Assembly (NCBI GenBank): GCA_019058315.1
Contig: JAHPZH010000001.1
Coordinates: 1,411,318 to 1,475,317 of the forward strand
Reading direction: 5' to 3'
Origin: Candidatus Helarchaeota archaeon
GTDB lineage: Archaea; Asgardarchaeota; Lokiarchaeia; Helarchaeales; RDOG01
DNA: 64,000 nt
The position numbers were made by a program, and so were the translations under genes. Of this stretch, positions 38,845-49,661 are shown piece by piece; position 1 is the first letter of the stretch, and the number at the start of each line of letters is the position of its first letter. The notes beneath the pieces are model-generated. The model saw nothing but the letters and a program-made list of their open reading frames with translations. It was not told the DNA's origin and did no database searches.

Positions 38845-40293
38845 TTACCCCTTCTTATTTGCTAATTGCCTAAGTATATCCCAATAAGCTCCCCTATATC
38901 CATTTTGAATTGCATTTACTAATATTAGATTCTCATTATAATTATAATTTTGATCTTGTTCTTCCGGATCTGCGAAAAAAAACATGGGATCTTTCCCTAC
39001 GAGTTTGCTAATATATGAAAAGCATTTTTTACCTTTTAATTCAGCGGATAAATAAAAAATTGGTTTTAAAAAATTTGGATTTTTATCTTTAAAACCAAAT
39101 AAATTAGGATTTTTTTCAAATGAACCTTCTTCTTTAACAATCCTTGAAAGTTCTGTTCCGGGATAGATTCTAACACCTATCGAAAGTCCAACTCGATTAG
39201 GCTGGATTTTTTTCATCAAATGTATCGTATTTTTAATTGTATTGTTAGTTTCCCCAGGTCCACCTAGTAATAAGTCATACATAAAGGTAATATTAAGAGA
39301 TTTACAAATTTCGGCAGTCTTAATAATATCCTTCACTTTAAAATCACGCTTAAGATTTTTTAGAATTGTGTTATTTCCGCTATCAACTCCGAAATCTATC
39401 CCAACACATCCTGCTTCCTTCATAATCCGTCCCATTTCATCAGTAAAAGGCTTTGGGATACAATAGGCATACCATGTCATTTTTTTATTTAAGCCCTCCT
39501 GAATTATTGCAGAGCATACTTTTTTAGCGTGTTGGCTATTATTATTGAATTCAGAATCACATAGATGAAAACAGTTAACACCTTGTTCAATCAAGGTCCT
39601 AAATTCGTTAATTACTAATTTTGGTTCCTTTAGTCTAATTATCTTGCCTTTACTGATTGGGTCTGCACAATAAATACACTTTCGATCACAACCACGCTTA
39701 GTTTCAATATTCCCTTGTCCACCTTCGTTAAAATAATTTAAATTATTTATTACATTACGTACTGGAGACCCTAGTGAATTTAAATCAACAAATTTATTAG
39801 GATTGTGTATCAAATCTCCGTTTTTTCTATAAATTAAATTTGGAATTTTTGAATAATTTTGATCAGACTGAAGTGCTTTTAAGAATAATAATAGAGCTTC
39901 TTCTCCACCACCTTGAACTCCAAAATCAACCTCACAATAATTCATGATCATTTCAGGTAATAATGAGAACCCAACACCACCTAATATTACCGGAATTGAT
40001 ATAATTGATTTTATGAATTCAATAATTTCTTTTATATCATCTATAAAAGATTTTTGACTCTGAAAATAACAATCATCAGTATTACGGACGGTTATTCCTA
40101 TTGCAAGAGGTTTATACTGATTTAAATAGTCTTTTAAAGATTTTTTAATATCTATAGAAAAAGAATTATCAATAAAATCTATTATATAGCCATTTTGCTT
40201 AAGAACGTATCCAAGATAATCAATAGCAATAGGTCCAACAACAGGTCTAATTTTAATAGGATTAATAAAAAGAATTCTATTATTTTTCTCCAT
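38845..40293 (-). CDS. Cobalamin-binding radical SAM protein
   Basis: N-terminal B12-binding-like domain (GITVRNTDD, LGGVGFS), ETKRGCDRKCIYC, DSEFN, GGPGET. Confidence 0.9.
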   Translation of the reverse strand: MEKNNRILFINPIKIRPVVGPIAIDYLGYVLKQNGYIIDFIDNSFSIDIKKSLKDYLNQYKPLAIGITVRNTDDCYFQSQKSFIDDIKEIIEFIKSIISIPVILGGVGFSLLPEMIMNYCEVDFGVQGGGEEALLLFLKALQSDQNYSKIPNLIYRKNGDLIHNPNKFVDLNSLGSPVRNVINNLNYFNEGGQGNIETKRGCDRKCIYCADPISKGKIIRLKEPKLVINEFRTLIEQGVNCFHLCDSEFNNNSQHAKKVCSAIIQEGLNKKMTWYAYCIPKPFTDEMGRIMKEAGCVGIDFGVDSGNNTILKNLKRDFKVKDIIKTAEICKSLNITFMYDLLLGGPGETNNTIKNTIHLMKKIQPNRVGLSIGVRIYPGTELSRIVKEEGSFEKNPNLFGFKDKNPNFLKPIFYLSAELKGKKCFSYISKLVGKDPMFFFADPEEQDQNYNYNENLILVNAIQNGYRGAYWDILRQLANKKG

Positions 40294-40319
40294 TTTAACT
40301 GTCCGACTTCAATTTTTGT

Positions 40320-41246
40320 TTATTTTTTTCGTATATAAGAAATAGTTTCTTTAAGAAATCTGAAAATATTACGAAATGCTTGAGTTTTTATCATCATTGA
40401 AATTATCTTAATAAAATCCTTTTTGAAAATAGGCAAGGACATTTTGATAGCGTCATTAATAAACATATGTCTCTTGGGAATATTGATTCCCATCGATAAA
40501 TTAACCAATTCATTTATATCCCAAATATTTATCTTCTTTCCCAATTTTGAAGCCCAAACTCTTGCCGAGTCTTCAAAACCCAGCACACATCCCATACAAG
40601 GCACAACTAAATTAGTAGATCCCTTTTTAATTATATTATCAAATAATTTCCTCTGATTTTTATAAGCGGTATCTTTACCGATAATACCTTTTAAATTAGT
40701 TCCAAAACCTAATGTTTTAGTAGCTAGTAGTCCACAGCAAAAAGCATTATCCTTTATATAATCAGATTCAATTAATTTTATTCCAGGAATTTTTTCTAAT
40801 ATCTCCCGGGGAGTATCATATAATGGCTCGCCTATTAATTCCATCCTCCTACCTATTGAACAATTATCATTGTACGTTACAGTAAGGGGAATTTTATGTG
40901 TTAATTTAATTCTATCTTCTTTTATTAATTCTAAAATATATTCTGTTATGTGTTTAACTTCTATAGGTTCATCAAGTTTTTGTAATAAATTAAAGGGAAG
41001 TGTTAGCCCCCACTTTGAGAGGTTAAAGGAGTAACTAACAAAACAGCCTGGACAATGAAGTAAAATTGTTTTAGGTCGCGGTTTTAATTTTAAATAATTT
41101 TGCACAACTTTATAGGTTTGATCCACCCAAAGATCAATAAAACCAAGACCTGCATAAACTACACCACAACAAAACTCGGTATTACCAATCGTAATAAAAT
41201 CAACACCTGCTTGCTCTAAAATTGTTGTAACACAATTTTGTATCAT
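40320..41246 (-). CDS. CCG-domain (HdrD/GlpC-like) Fe-S oxidoreductase, apparently 5'-truncated
   Basis: EFCCG, CPGC, YNDNC, FCCG, PCMGC; lacks the preceding xFxGC motif and the ferredoxin domain. Confidence 0.75.
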   Translation of the reverse strand: MIQNCVTTILEQAGVDFITIGNTEFCCGVVYAGLGFIDLWVDQTYKVVQNYLKLKPRPKTILLHCPGCFVSYSFNLSKWGLTLPFNLLQKLDEPIEVKHITEYILELIKEDRIKLTHKIPLTVTYNDNCSIGRRMELIGEPLYDTPREILEKIPGIKLIESDYIKDNAFCCGLLATKTLGFGTNLKGIIGKDTAYKNQRKLFDNIIKKGSTNLVVPCMGCVLGFEDSARVWASKLGKKINIWDINELVNLSMGINIPKRHMFINDAIKMSLPIFKKDFIKIISMMIKTQAFRNIFRFLKETISYIRKK

Positions 41247-42330
41247 TTATTTCTTGATATAAAAAATCGCTCTCCCTTAATATATTTAAGGATGAAATGG
41301 CATAATAACCTTGTGATAAATCCCTAAATCCCTCAATTGATGAATTATATTTGGTTTCCTCTTTGAAAACTTTCGCAAAATCTCCCTTATTTATTAACAT
41401 ATCAAACACCGCTTCTTTTTGGGTTTCATCTTCTATCAATTCGTCTAATAATAGCACAGCATAATAATAATTCCTTACATTATCTTCACTTGGTGGTATT
41501 ATACTTACCTCCTCCTCATTATAATAGTAAGGATGTTCCCAAATCAAGTGAAGACTATTATTTGTTAATATTGTTTCTCTCTCTTTAACATATTCATCTT
41601 GAGACAATATGTTTTTTAATGATAGATAATCCAGACCTACAGCTTCAAGCCCTTTTTCTCCCTCTAATATTTTTAGAGCCTTTACCCCCCAATATTTCGG
41701 CTCTATATTTTCTGATAATAAACGCTGCCAGTCAACATCGTAACCGAGGAACTCTTTTATCCACGTGGCTGTGCCCTCCTTTTTTATTAACTCTAATTTT
41801 TCTTTATCACCTAACATATCTAATATTTCAATGGCCTTAGCCGTATTGATAATATCAGGCTCAGAAAACTCATCCTTTGAAAAGCCACATATCTTATACT
41901 TATTCATAATGAAATTTGAAATCTCATTCTTATCCACTTTATGGGGTGAGACGTGGTCGGGAGATAGATAATACCCGTAAATCTGCAAAATTTTCATGGT
42001 TTTATAGGTACTATCAATACTTTCACCATTTTCTTCTCCCAATAGACTTAAACCACCCGAGCTTGTCTGCCATTCTGATAATGTTTTCGGGAGTGAATCT
42101 TTATTAAAATGCGGTAAATATAGTAATAATTTTTGTCCAAATACTTCTTGATTCCTGATATCAGATCCTGCAAAAAATACACTTGCTCCAATAATCAGAA
42201 ACAATATGGCATATCCAAATAGATATTTAGGAAAATTTTGGTGGTTGAAAGTGCTTGAAAATTTTTTAAAATATGTTTTTTTTCTATTAAAATTCAATTT
42301 CCCTTTAATATTATTTTTTAAACCCATCAA
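41200..42330 (-). CDS. Membrane-anchored protein with prenyltransferase/terpene-cyclase-like helical repeats, probably 3'-truncated
   Basis: N-terminal TM; repeats such as GFS...PDIINTAKAIEILDMLG and GF....GYYAISSLNIL; overlaps the next gene by 47 bp. Confidence 0.55.
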   Translation of the reverse strand: MMGLKNNIKGKLNFNRKKTYFKKFSSTFNHQNFPKYLFGYAILFLIIGASVFFAGSDIRNQEVFGQKLLLYLPHFNKDSLPKTLSEWQTSSGGLSLLGEENGESIDSTYKTMKILQIYGYYLSPDHVSPHKVDKNEISNFIMNKYKICGFSKDEFSEPDIINTAKAIEILDMLGDKEKLELIKKEGTATWIKEFLGYDVDWQRLLSENIEPKYWGVKALKILEGEKGLEAVGLDYLSLKNILSQDEYVKERETILTNNSLHLIWEHPYYYNEEEVSIIPPSEDNVRNYYYAVLLLDELIEDETQKEAVFDMLINKGDFAKVFKEETKYNSSIEGFRDLSQGYYAISSLNILRESDFLYQEINDTKLCYNNFRASRC

Positions 42331-42743
42331 ATCATCCTCTCACGTATTACTTCTACTGTAATATAATTAATAATCGAAAATAATTTATTATTAATAAATT
42401 TAATAATAATGAGAAAAACCCAGTAAAATGGATAAACTTGACCATTACTCACAATTCTAATATATATTATTTTCGAAGTAAAAGTAAGTAAATATTTTTT
42501 AATATTATTTTTCGCAATAGAAATTGAAAATTTCTCAATTTTTATTAATCTAACATATATTATTCTCATCCAATTTTCTAAGTTTAAACTTACCTTTTTA
42601 TCATGATGCGGTACTGATTTTAACACCATCATATCAATTTCACTCAAGTCTATTTTTACAAATTAGAAGCTGTCTGGCATAATGATTAATATAAAAAGCT
42701 TTTTTGACATGATTTTGTCTAAAAGTCATTTGATACAAAATTG
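41233..42743. repeat. 13-bp perfect inverted repeat pair bracketing about 1.5 kb
   Basis: caattttgtatca at 41233-41245 and tgatacaaaattg at 42731-42743. Confidence 0.7.
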
Positions 42744-42955
42744 CTGAAATTTCAACTATAAAGGACTTTTGCGCAAATCTAACACTAATTAGGGAAATAG
42801 TTAAATAATACTATTAACATAATTAATATTATGGATAATATAAAGACCACTCTTTTGTATTATGATTTTATTATCGGGAGTTTTCATTATTTGTATTCTA
42901 TATTTTATATTTTTTATAATAGGTTTCTCATCAATCTATATAAGAAGGTAGTAAA

Positions 42956-43465
42956 ATGAAAAAAGAACCACAAATTATTGAGGAAATTGAAAAGATAATT
43001 GAAGTACCTTATTGTATGTTAGGGGGACCGCTTAAACATGGTTGGGCTTTTTATAATCTTAGAAAGGATGCCGTGATCGTATTTTCTTTTTCATATCATA
43101 CTTATAACTCTCCCAACTCTAAATTAATGTATGAAATATTAACAGAGGAACGTGAACTTGAAGAAATTGTTCATGATGAACATAATCCCTATCACTTGTT
43201 AAGAATAAAATGGGGAATCTGTCCAAATAATAGTGCTGGAGGACAGGCAAATTTTATTCGTGAAACATTAAGGAATATGGGGTTTAAGATAAATCAATAT
43301 CTATTGAGGTATTGGGAAATAAACAAAATTAAAAATAAATTCAAAGATAATCCCGATAAATTTGAGAGAGTTTGGCCATTTCCTCTTGAATATTATGATG
43401 ATGCCTTTCATAATGATAGTTTTAGACCAAAGTGGACTAATCTCCGTTTTTTAAAAGAGTTATAG
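42956..43465 (+). CDS. Hypothetical protein
   Basis: 169-aa ORF with AAGGT upstream. Confidence 0.7.
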   Translation: MKKEPQIIEEIEKIIEVPYCMLGGPLKHGWAFYNLRKDAVIVFSFSYHTYNSPNSKLMYEILTEERELEEIVHDEHNPYHLLRIKWGICPNNSAGGQANFIRETLRNMGFKINQYLLRYWEINKIKNKFKDNPDKFERVWPFPLEYYDDAFHNDSFRPKWTNLRFLKEL

Positions 43466-43909
43466 ATCTGTAATTGGCAATTTCTCAGATTTTCCTCGCC
43501 GATTATTTACAAAAAGTAATACACAAATAAGTACTATTAATGCTACCCATAACCAATAAATTCCAGATCCTAGCAGGAGAAACCCTTCTACCCTGAGACC
43601 GGTGTAAAAATAATAAATTCCGAAAATACCCGAAATTGTTCCCAATACCGTTCCTGCAATACCCAATGCGAAACCTACTATATAAACAACTCTACTAGTG
43701 TCATAGATATAAAAAACGAAATGGAGAATGGAGGAGGTCACTATAAAGCATATAGTAATAATAAAGAGTGGGAGTAAATGGAGTATTTCAACTCCGGGGT
43801 AAACGGAACCATACTCTATCATCCATGGAAGGAACATAAATATTATAGAACCTAAAATTAAGCCGAAGTATGTGGTATTATATATTAATAATTTATCATT
43901 TTTGTTCAT
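43460..43909 (-). CDS. Four-TM membrane protein
   Basis: Four hydrophobic segments; GGTGA SD. Confidence 0.75.
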   Translation of the reverse strand: MNKNDKLLIYNTTYFGLILGSIIFMFLPWMIEYGSVYPGVEILHLLPLFIITICFIVTSSILHFVFYIYDTSRVVYIVGFALGIAGTVLGTISGIFGIYYFYTGLRVEGFLLLGSGIYWLWVALIVLICVLLFVNNRRGKSEKLPITDL

Positions 43910-43920
43910 TTTATCACCAA

Positions 43921-44871
43921 CTATTCGTCCGGTCCGAAACTTATTCGTTGAAAGTTATTAATGGGAGTGAGTCCCTTTACTTTTCTATTTTTTATAGTCA
44001 ATAAACATAAATAAATTAATAAATTAGTCAATTGACGTGCATAATCGTTATTCATAATCTCACTCAAAAATATATCCTTTTCACTAGGAATTTTAAATGA
44101 CAGACTTTTCTTGAGATTATCTCTGACTGTTTTGATTATTAATTGTCCGATATCGGTGAGTCTATAAGGATCTTTATAGACAATTTCAGAATTTATTAAT
44201 TCTTCTAACTTATTAACATCATTCACATCTTGAAGGTTTGTAAATTTTATAATGTCACCCAAGTTATTATTGCCAGAATGAATAGCAAATAGTAATTTAA
44301 AATGACTATCTAACTGCTTTGCCTTATTTAACTCTTCAAGCTTTTCATAAATTTCTATAGCTAAAATAGATATAGTATCAAACTCAACACGAATTCGATA
44401 TGGCCAATCAGAATATAACATTTTGTTTTTAGTTATATATTCATCCTTAAATTTTTGGAAATATAAATCTGAATCTTTTTGGAATTTGTTAAGCATTTTT
44501 TTAAATTGTACATCGACTTCTAACAATTCAAATAACTCAGGTTCTCTGAAATCAATTTCTTTCTTTTTATTCTCTTCAATTTCTATGTCATTTTTAATTA
44601 TTTCTTTATAAATCTTAGATTTTTCTTTTTCTAATTTCTTACTGAATAAATAAAGCAAAAAATATGTAGAATAATCAACTTTAACAGACCTATCTTTAGC
44701 TATAAGAACTTTACAATCATTATGATTTAAATTTTCAAATATATAGGATAATTTTTCTTTTTCTACATCTACTATTACACTAAATTCCCTCTTTGTATAG
44801 TTTGATAAAAATCTGCTCATACTTACTTTCTTTTTATTATCTTCTGGGAATTTTACTACTAAAACCGTCAT
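43921..44871 (-). CDS. Hypothetical protein, possible winged-helix in the C-terminal half
   Basis: KLEELINSEIV...YRLTDIG pattern. Confidence 0.65.
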   Translation of the reverse strand: MTVLVVKFPEDNKKKVSMSRFLSNYTKREFSVIVDVEKEKLSYIFENLNHNDCKVLIAKDRSVKVDYSTYFLLYLFSKKLEKEKSKIYKEIIKNDIEIEENKKKEIDFREPELFELLEVDVQFKKMLNKFQKDSDLYFQKFKDEYITKNKMLYSDWPYRIRVEFDTISILAIEIYEKLEELNKAKQLDSHFKLLFAIHSGNNNLGDIIKFTNLQDVNDVNKLEELINSEIVYKDPYRLTDIGQLIIKTVRDNLKKSLSFKIPSEKDIFLSEIMNNDYARQLTNLLIYLCLLTIKNRKVKGLTPINNFQRISFGPDE

Positions 44872-45065
44872 CCTTAAGCCCTTTTCCTTATTATTTGGAA
44901 TATTTTATCTAAATTCAAAAGTTTGTATAATAACTTTCGTTTTTTCTGATTATTCCTAATAAATAACATTTAAATATTCATAATAAATATTTTTTAATAA
45001 TGTTTGTGAAATGATATTACATAAACATTATTACTTGGATAATATTTCTTAAAAAAAATGTTAAA

Positions 45066-46469
45066 ATGGTTTTTAGAATGAAAGTTTTATTAGTATATCC
45101 CCCTTTTCAAGTAGGTGCGGGTATGAGTCAAATTATCAGATCCCCACCCTTATCATTATTACAATTAGCAGCAACAATACCTGAACATTATGTCGAAATA
45201 TTGGATTTAAATGTAAACCCTCATATGTCAATTACTGATATCGAGAAAAAAATATCGAAATTTGATCTTATAGGAATTACTTGCATGACAAATATGCTTA
45301 AAGTTACATTAAATCTTTGTAAAATTGCTAAAAAATATAATATTACAACGGTGGTTGGAGGGTTTCATCCTACATTAAATCCAGATATGATTAAAGAACC
45401 AAATATCGATTATCTAGTCAGAGGAGAAGGCGAATTTACGTTTAAAGAATTAATTAATGGATTAGATCCCAGAGAAATTTTGGGATTAAGTTATAAAGAA
45501 AATAATGGAAATAATGGGAATAATGGGGGGTTTCATCATAATGAACCCAGACCATTTGTTCAAAATCTTGATAATTTACCATTTCCTCGAAAAGATTTGG
45601 TTAATTATTCTCCATATCATTATCTTTGGGTTCCAGCAGATGTGGTTGAAACTTCAAGAGGATGCCCCTTTGACTGTTCTTTTTGTTGTGTTACGAAATT
45701 TTATTGTAGAACTTGGCGTAAAAAATCACCAAGTCGTGTCATTAAGGAATTGATGTTAGTTCCTAAATCTCAAAAATTAGTATTTTTTGTTGATGATAAT
45801 TTTACACTCGACCATAAAAGGGTTAAAAGAATTTGCCGTTTAATTAGAGAGTATGGAATCAATAAGCGTTTATTTTTTGTGTGTCAAACAAGAGTTGATG
45901 ATGTTGCTGAAGATCCCGAAATGATTCGAGAAATGGCTAGAAGTGGGTTTATATGTTTTTTCTTTGGTTTTGAAAGTTTTAAACAAATGAGTTTAGATAA
46001 TATGAATAAGAAAATAAGTTTAAAACAAGCTAAAAAGGCAATAGAAATTTGTCATGATAATGGGATTATGGTATTTGGTTCGTTCATAGTTGGAAATATA
46101 GGGGAAACTCGAGAAGATACACTTAAAACATTTAGAATGATGAAATCATTAAAAATTGACTTTATGATGACTAATCCTTTGACACCTTTTCCAGGCACTA
46201 AATTATGGGAAGATGCAGTAAAAAATGGATGGATCGATAAAGATTTTGATTGGAAAGATTGGGAATTTGGAGCAATTATGAACACTCCTGATCTATCTGC
46301 AGGCGAGATTCAACATTTGTGTGAATATAGCCTAAAATATTTTTATAGAGATCTTAAATATTTTCTTTTTGGAAAAAGTTCTTTAAAAATGTATAAATCA
46401 CCCTTATTTATCAGAATTCTCCCGGGTTTTTTACTCAAAGGTCTTAAGAATTTCTTAATTAAAATATAA
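45066..46469 (+). CDS. Cobalamin-binding radical SAM protein (BchE/Grs-like)
   Basis: PPLSL, GGFHPT, GEGE, ETSRGCPFDCSFC, DDNF, GFES, TPFPGT. Confidence 0.92.
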   Translation: MVFRMKVLLVYPPFQVGAGMSQIIRSPPLSLLQLAATIPEHYVEILDLNVNPHMSITDIEKKISKFDLIGITCMTNMLKVTLNLCKIAKKYNITTVVGGFHPTLNPDMIKEPNIDYLVRGEGEFTFKELINGLDPREILGLSYKENNGNNGNNGGFHHNEPRPFVQNLDNLPFPRKDLVNYSPYHYLWVPADVVETSRGCPFDCSFCCVTKFYCRTWRKKSPSRVIKELMLVPKSQKLVFFVDDNFTLDHKRVKRICRLIREYGINKRLFFVCQTRVDDVAEDPEMIREMARSGFICFFFGFESFKQMSLDNMNKKISLKQAKKAIEICHDNGIMVFGSFIVGNIGETREDTLKTFRMMKSLKIDFMMTNPLTPFPGTKLWEDAVKNGWIDKDFDWKDWEFGAIMNTPDLSAGEIQHLCEYSLKYFYRDLKYFLFGKSSLKMYKSPLFIRILPGFLLKGLKNFLIKI

Positions 46470-46563
46470 GGTTCGATTTATTATTTTATAATTAAAAAAT
46501 AGTTATTCCACAATAAATACCCTTTAAATATTTTAAAATAATAAAAGAAAGAGATGAATAGAA

Positions 46564-48153
46564 ATGAAAATATTATTAGTTAATCCAACTGGTCATAAGA
46601 TTGGGATGGATCATTTTCTAAAAGCTCCCCCTTTGGGATTGATGATTCTTGCTGCTACAGTTCCAGATCATGAAGTTGAGATTTTAGATCTTAGAAATTT
46701 TAATTATAGTCCTAGTTATTTTGAGAAAAAGGTTCAAAAATTTGATATTCTTGGAGTAACATCTTCAACTTCTATGATTAATGAAGCATTACAATTATGT
46801 AAAATTGCAAAGGAACATGATGTTAAGACGATTATTGGTGGATACCATCCGAGTTTAGTTCCAGAAACAGCTATGTATCCACAAGTTGATTTGACTGTAA
46901 AAGGTGAGGGAGAATTAACATTTCCGGAAGTAATCAATGCACTTGAATATTCCAATAATTTAGTAAATGAGTTAAAAGAAATCAAAGGTATCAATTTTAG
47001 AATTGACTCGAAATTGTATCAAACCGAGAGACGTCCCCCTATAAATCTTGATGAATCTCCCTTTCCTAGGAGAGATCTCGTAAAAAAATATGATTATCAT
47101 TATTTCTGGGCATCTATCGATGCTTTGGAATCTTCAAGAGGATGCCCGCACCAATGTCATTTTTGTTGTATATCACATCATTGGGGACGTGGTTGGAGAG
47201 CTAAATCTCCCGAGAGAATTATAGAGGAATTTAATCATATGGACATAAAAAAACGTTGGTTTGTTTTTAATGATTCTGAAAGTACACTTAATATGAAACG
47301 AATTGAAAAAATTTGTGACCTCACGAAAGAATACGGGTATCATAAAAAATGGAAATCTTGTCAAGGAAGAGTTGATGATATAGTAAAAAACCCAAAAATC
47401 ATGGATAAGATGGCGGACGCAGGATGGAGAATGATATTTATAGGTATTGAAAGTATTCATCAAAAATCTCTTGATACTATTGGAAAGAGAATAACCATAA
47501 ATCAAATAAAAAAAGCTGTTAAAATGTGTCATGATCGAGGAATTACCTTATTTGGCTCTATTATAATTGGAAATTTGGGTGAAACTAAGGAAGAAGTTAA
47601 GGAAACTATAAGATTTGCTAGTGATTTAAATATTGATATAATGCAATTTACGCCCTTAACTCCATATCCCGCAACTAAATTACATAAACAAGCGAAAGAA
47701 AATGGATGGATAATTGATGAAGATTACACAAATTGGAACTTAGTAAATCCAATAATGCGAACTCCTGATTTATCTGCAGATGAAATTTTTGAGCTGGTGA
47801 AGTGGGCATATAGAGATTTTTACTTTAGATTTAAAGAAAAACACGTTAATTCGTTTTTCTTACGTTCTTTAAGACGCTTTATTTTACATCCAAAGTTTTG
47901 GTGGTTCTTTAAAATGGCTCGTGGATTTGTTTTAAACGGACTTAAAGTGGCTCCAGATTTCATGGCAGATCTAAAAAGTAAAGAATATCTTGAAATAGAA
48001 AAACAGAAAGAAGAGAAAAAAAGATTAAAGCAGCTTAAAAAATTGGAAAAGAAAAAAAGGAAGAAGGAGAAGGTTGAAAAAAAGACTAAAAAGCCATCTT
48101 CGTCTCCCTCTAAAAAAGTTGAACCATTATTAGTTACGGAGATTAGAAAATAA
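46564..48153 (+). CDS. Cobalamin-binding radical SAM protein (tandem paralogue) with Lys-rich C-terminal tail
   Basis: PPLGL, GGYHPS, GEGE, ESSRGCPHQCHFC, GIES, TPYPAT. Confidence 0.92.
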   Translation: MKILLVNPTGHKIGMDHFLKAPPLGLMILAATVPDHEVEILDLRNFNYSPSYFEKKVQKFDILGVTSSTSMINEALQLCKIAKEHDVKTIIGGYHPSLVPETAMYPQVDLTVKGEGELTFPEVINALEYSNNLVNELKEIKGINFRIDSKLYQTERRPPINLDESPFPRRDLVKKYDYHYFWASIDALESSRGCPHQCHFCCISHHWGRGWRAKSPERIIEEFNHMDIKKRWFVFNDSESTLNMKRIEKICDLTKEYGYHKKWKSCQGRVDDIVKNPKIMDKMADAGWRMIFIGIESIHQKSLDTIGKRITINQIKKAVKMCHDRGITLFGSIIIGNLGETKEEVKETIRFASDLNIDIMQFTPLTPYPATKLHKQAKENGWIIDEDYTNWNLVNPIMRTPDLSADEIFELVKWAYRDFYFRFKEKHVNSFFLRSLRRFILHPKFWWFFKMARGFVLNGLKVAPDFMADLKSKEYLEIEKQKEEKKRLKQLKKLEKKKRKKEKVEKKTKKPSSSPSKKVEPLLVTEIRK

Positions 48154-48300
48154 GATTAATCTATTTATTTAGTATTAAAAAATACCCTTTTTTTATTTAT
48201 TAAATCAAATTTTATTTAAAATAGTGTATTTGATAGATTTTTAACTACATTTTTTAATAATTTTTGTTATTATTTTTTATTAAAATTTAAACAGAAGTAA

Positions 48301-49479
48301 GTGAAACAATTGGTAAATACCTATGGCGATATTCCCGATGAAATTCCCTCAAAATGTTATTTTCCGCTATCTAGAAATATCTGGGTTATTCATAAAGAAT
48401 TAGGTTGGGAATATCTGGACCCTTCTTTAAATGATATGATAAATCATTTTCATGACATAGTTAGATTGAGGTTAGATGAAGCGATCAAAACCGCACAGAG
48501 TGCTATTAATGGGTCACTTTCTGATCTAGAAAAAGTATTTTCATATTTTTTCTTTCCTCCTGTATTAGAAATTCGAACTGATCTTCAACAAGGGACTTCA
48601 AAACTTCTATATGGAGAAAGTATAGATGTAACATACATTACTTTAAGGGAACAAAATGGGGAATTTGGATTTATCCTTAATTGCCATGGCGAAGACGGTG
48701 TGCCAGTAGATTGGTTTGTTGTAAGTAGTGATGATGAATTGATGGAAAGAAGACATATGAAACTTGGATTTAAATTAAAAGAAACTTATAATCGTTCTAA
48801 AAATCTGACACAAACAGCATCAAGAGTAATAGATATATTAAAAGATGTTCGAAATGAACGAACTCCTCAATGGACTCATTCTTCATATTTTACATTAATG
48901 GTATGGGGATTGGGAGTAGCTAATGCAGGTTTAGAAGTTAGTAATTATGAGAATACAGCTTTTATTCATGATGGTGTAAATTATAAAAACTGGGGATTCT
49001 CTGATCATTTATTTACCTTTTTTCCTTTCCCAACTTTTATGAAAATGTTATTTGATATGGATCGTATAAATTTCACAAAACGTTTTGCTGGACTTACAAG
49101 CGAACATAAACTATGCTGCCACACAGCACAATTTCCAGGAATAGCGGAATATGAAGGGCACTATCATTTTTTTGATTATTATCCCGAATCTTTTGAATTA
49201 TCTTTTATAAGAAAATGGACTAAAACTGGAATCCCATTTCCTATACAATCCTTGAATTTACAAATCCCAAATTTAAAGAAACAAATACCTGATTCTGCAA
49301 CAGATTTCGATTTTAAAGAACCTTTAGGTCAAAAAATATTTGCTGAAGATTTAGAACTTTCAACAGAAGAAGTAATTAAAGGAGTTTATTTGGATTATAA
49401 CCATGAAACCAAACCTAAAAAGCCAAATCCATCCGATATATTATCTCTAGGTAGTGGAATAAATACTCGAATTTTATAA
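48301..49479 (+). CDS. Uncharacterised protein, paralogue of 54252-55421
   Basis: Shared motifs TYGDIPD, RxDLQQG, HxEDGxPVDW, RRHxKLG, DVRNERTPQW. Confidence 0.85.
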   Translation: MKQLVNTYGDIPDEIPSKCYFPLSRNIWVIHKELGWEYLDPSLNDMINHFHDIVRLRLDEAIKTAQSAINGSLSDLEKVFSYFFFPPVLEIRTDLQQGTSKLLYGESIDVTYITLREQNGEFGFILNCHGEDGVPVDWFVVSSDDELMERRHMKLGFKLKETYNRSKNLTQTASRVIDILKDVRNERTPQWTHSSYFTLMVWGLGVANAGLEVSNYENTAFIHDGVNYKNWGFSDHLFTFFPFPTFMKMLFDMDRINFTKRFAGLTSEHKLCCHTAQFPGIAEYEGHYHFFDYYPESFELSFIRKWTKTGIPFPIQSLNLQIPNLKKQIPDSATDFDFKEPLGQKIFAEDLELSTEEVIKGVYLDYNHETKPKKPNPSDILSLGSGINTRIL

Positions 49480-49661
49480 TAGAAGTAATATCAACCTAAT
49501 TTTCGATAGATTTAAATCAATCATCTCATAAATATTATTTAACCTTGAGTTTTCATCTAATTTTCATTCTTTTGTAAAAATAATATGTAATTTATATATT
49601 TTAAAATTATAATATAATGTGAAGAAATCTTTTGTAATTCTTTTATGGAGTATTTAACCTC

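Noticed and set aside
40320-41300. Selenocysteine readthrough or simple frameshift explaining the truncated CCG gene
   Set aside because: The in-frame upstream stop is TAA, not TGA, and the upstream sequence encodes an unrelated helical-repeat protein.
42327-42647. 106-aa minus-strand ORF
   Set aside because: TTG start and Ile/Phe/Lys-biased composition typical of translated AT-rich intergenic DNA; no motif.
45501-45530. aataatgg(a/g) microrepeat (NNGNNGNNG)
   Set aside because: Short in-frame loop expansion with no evident functional signal.
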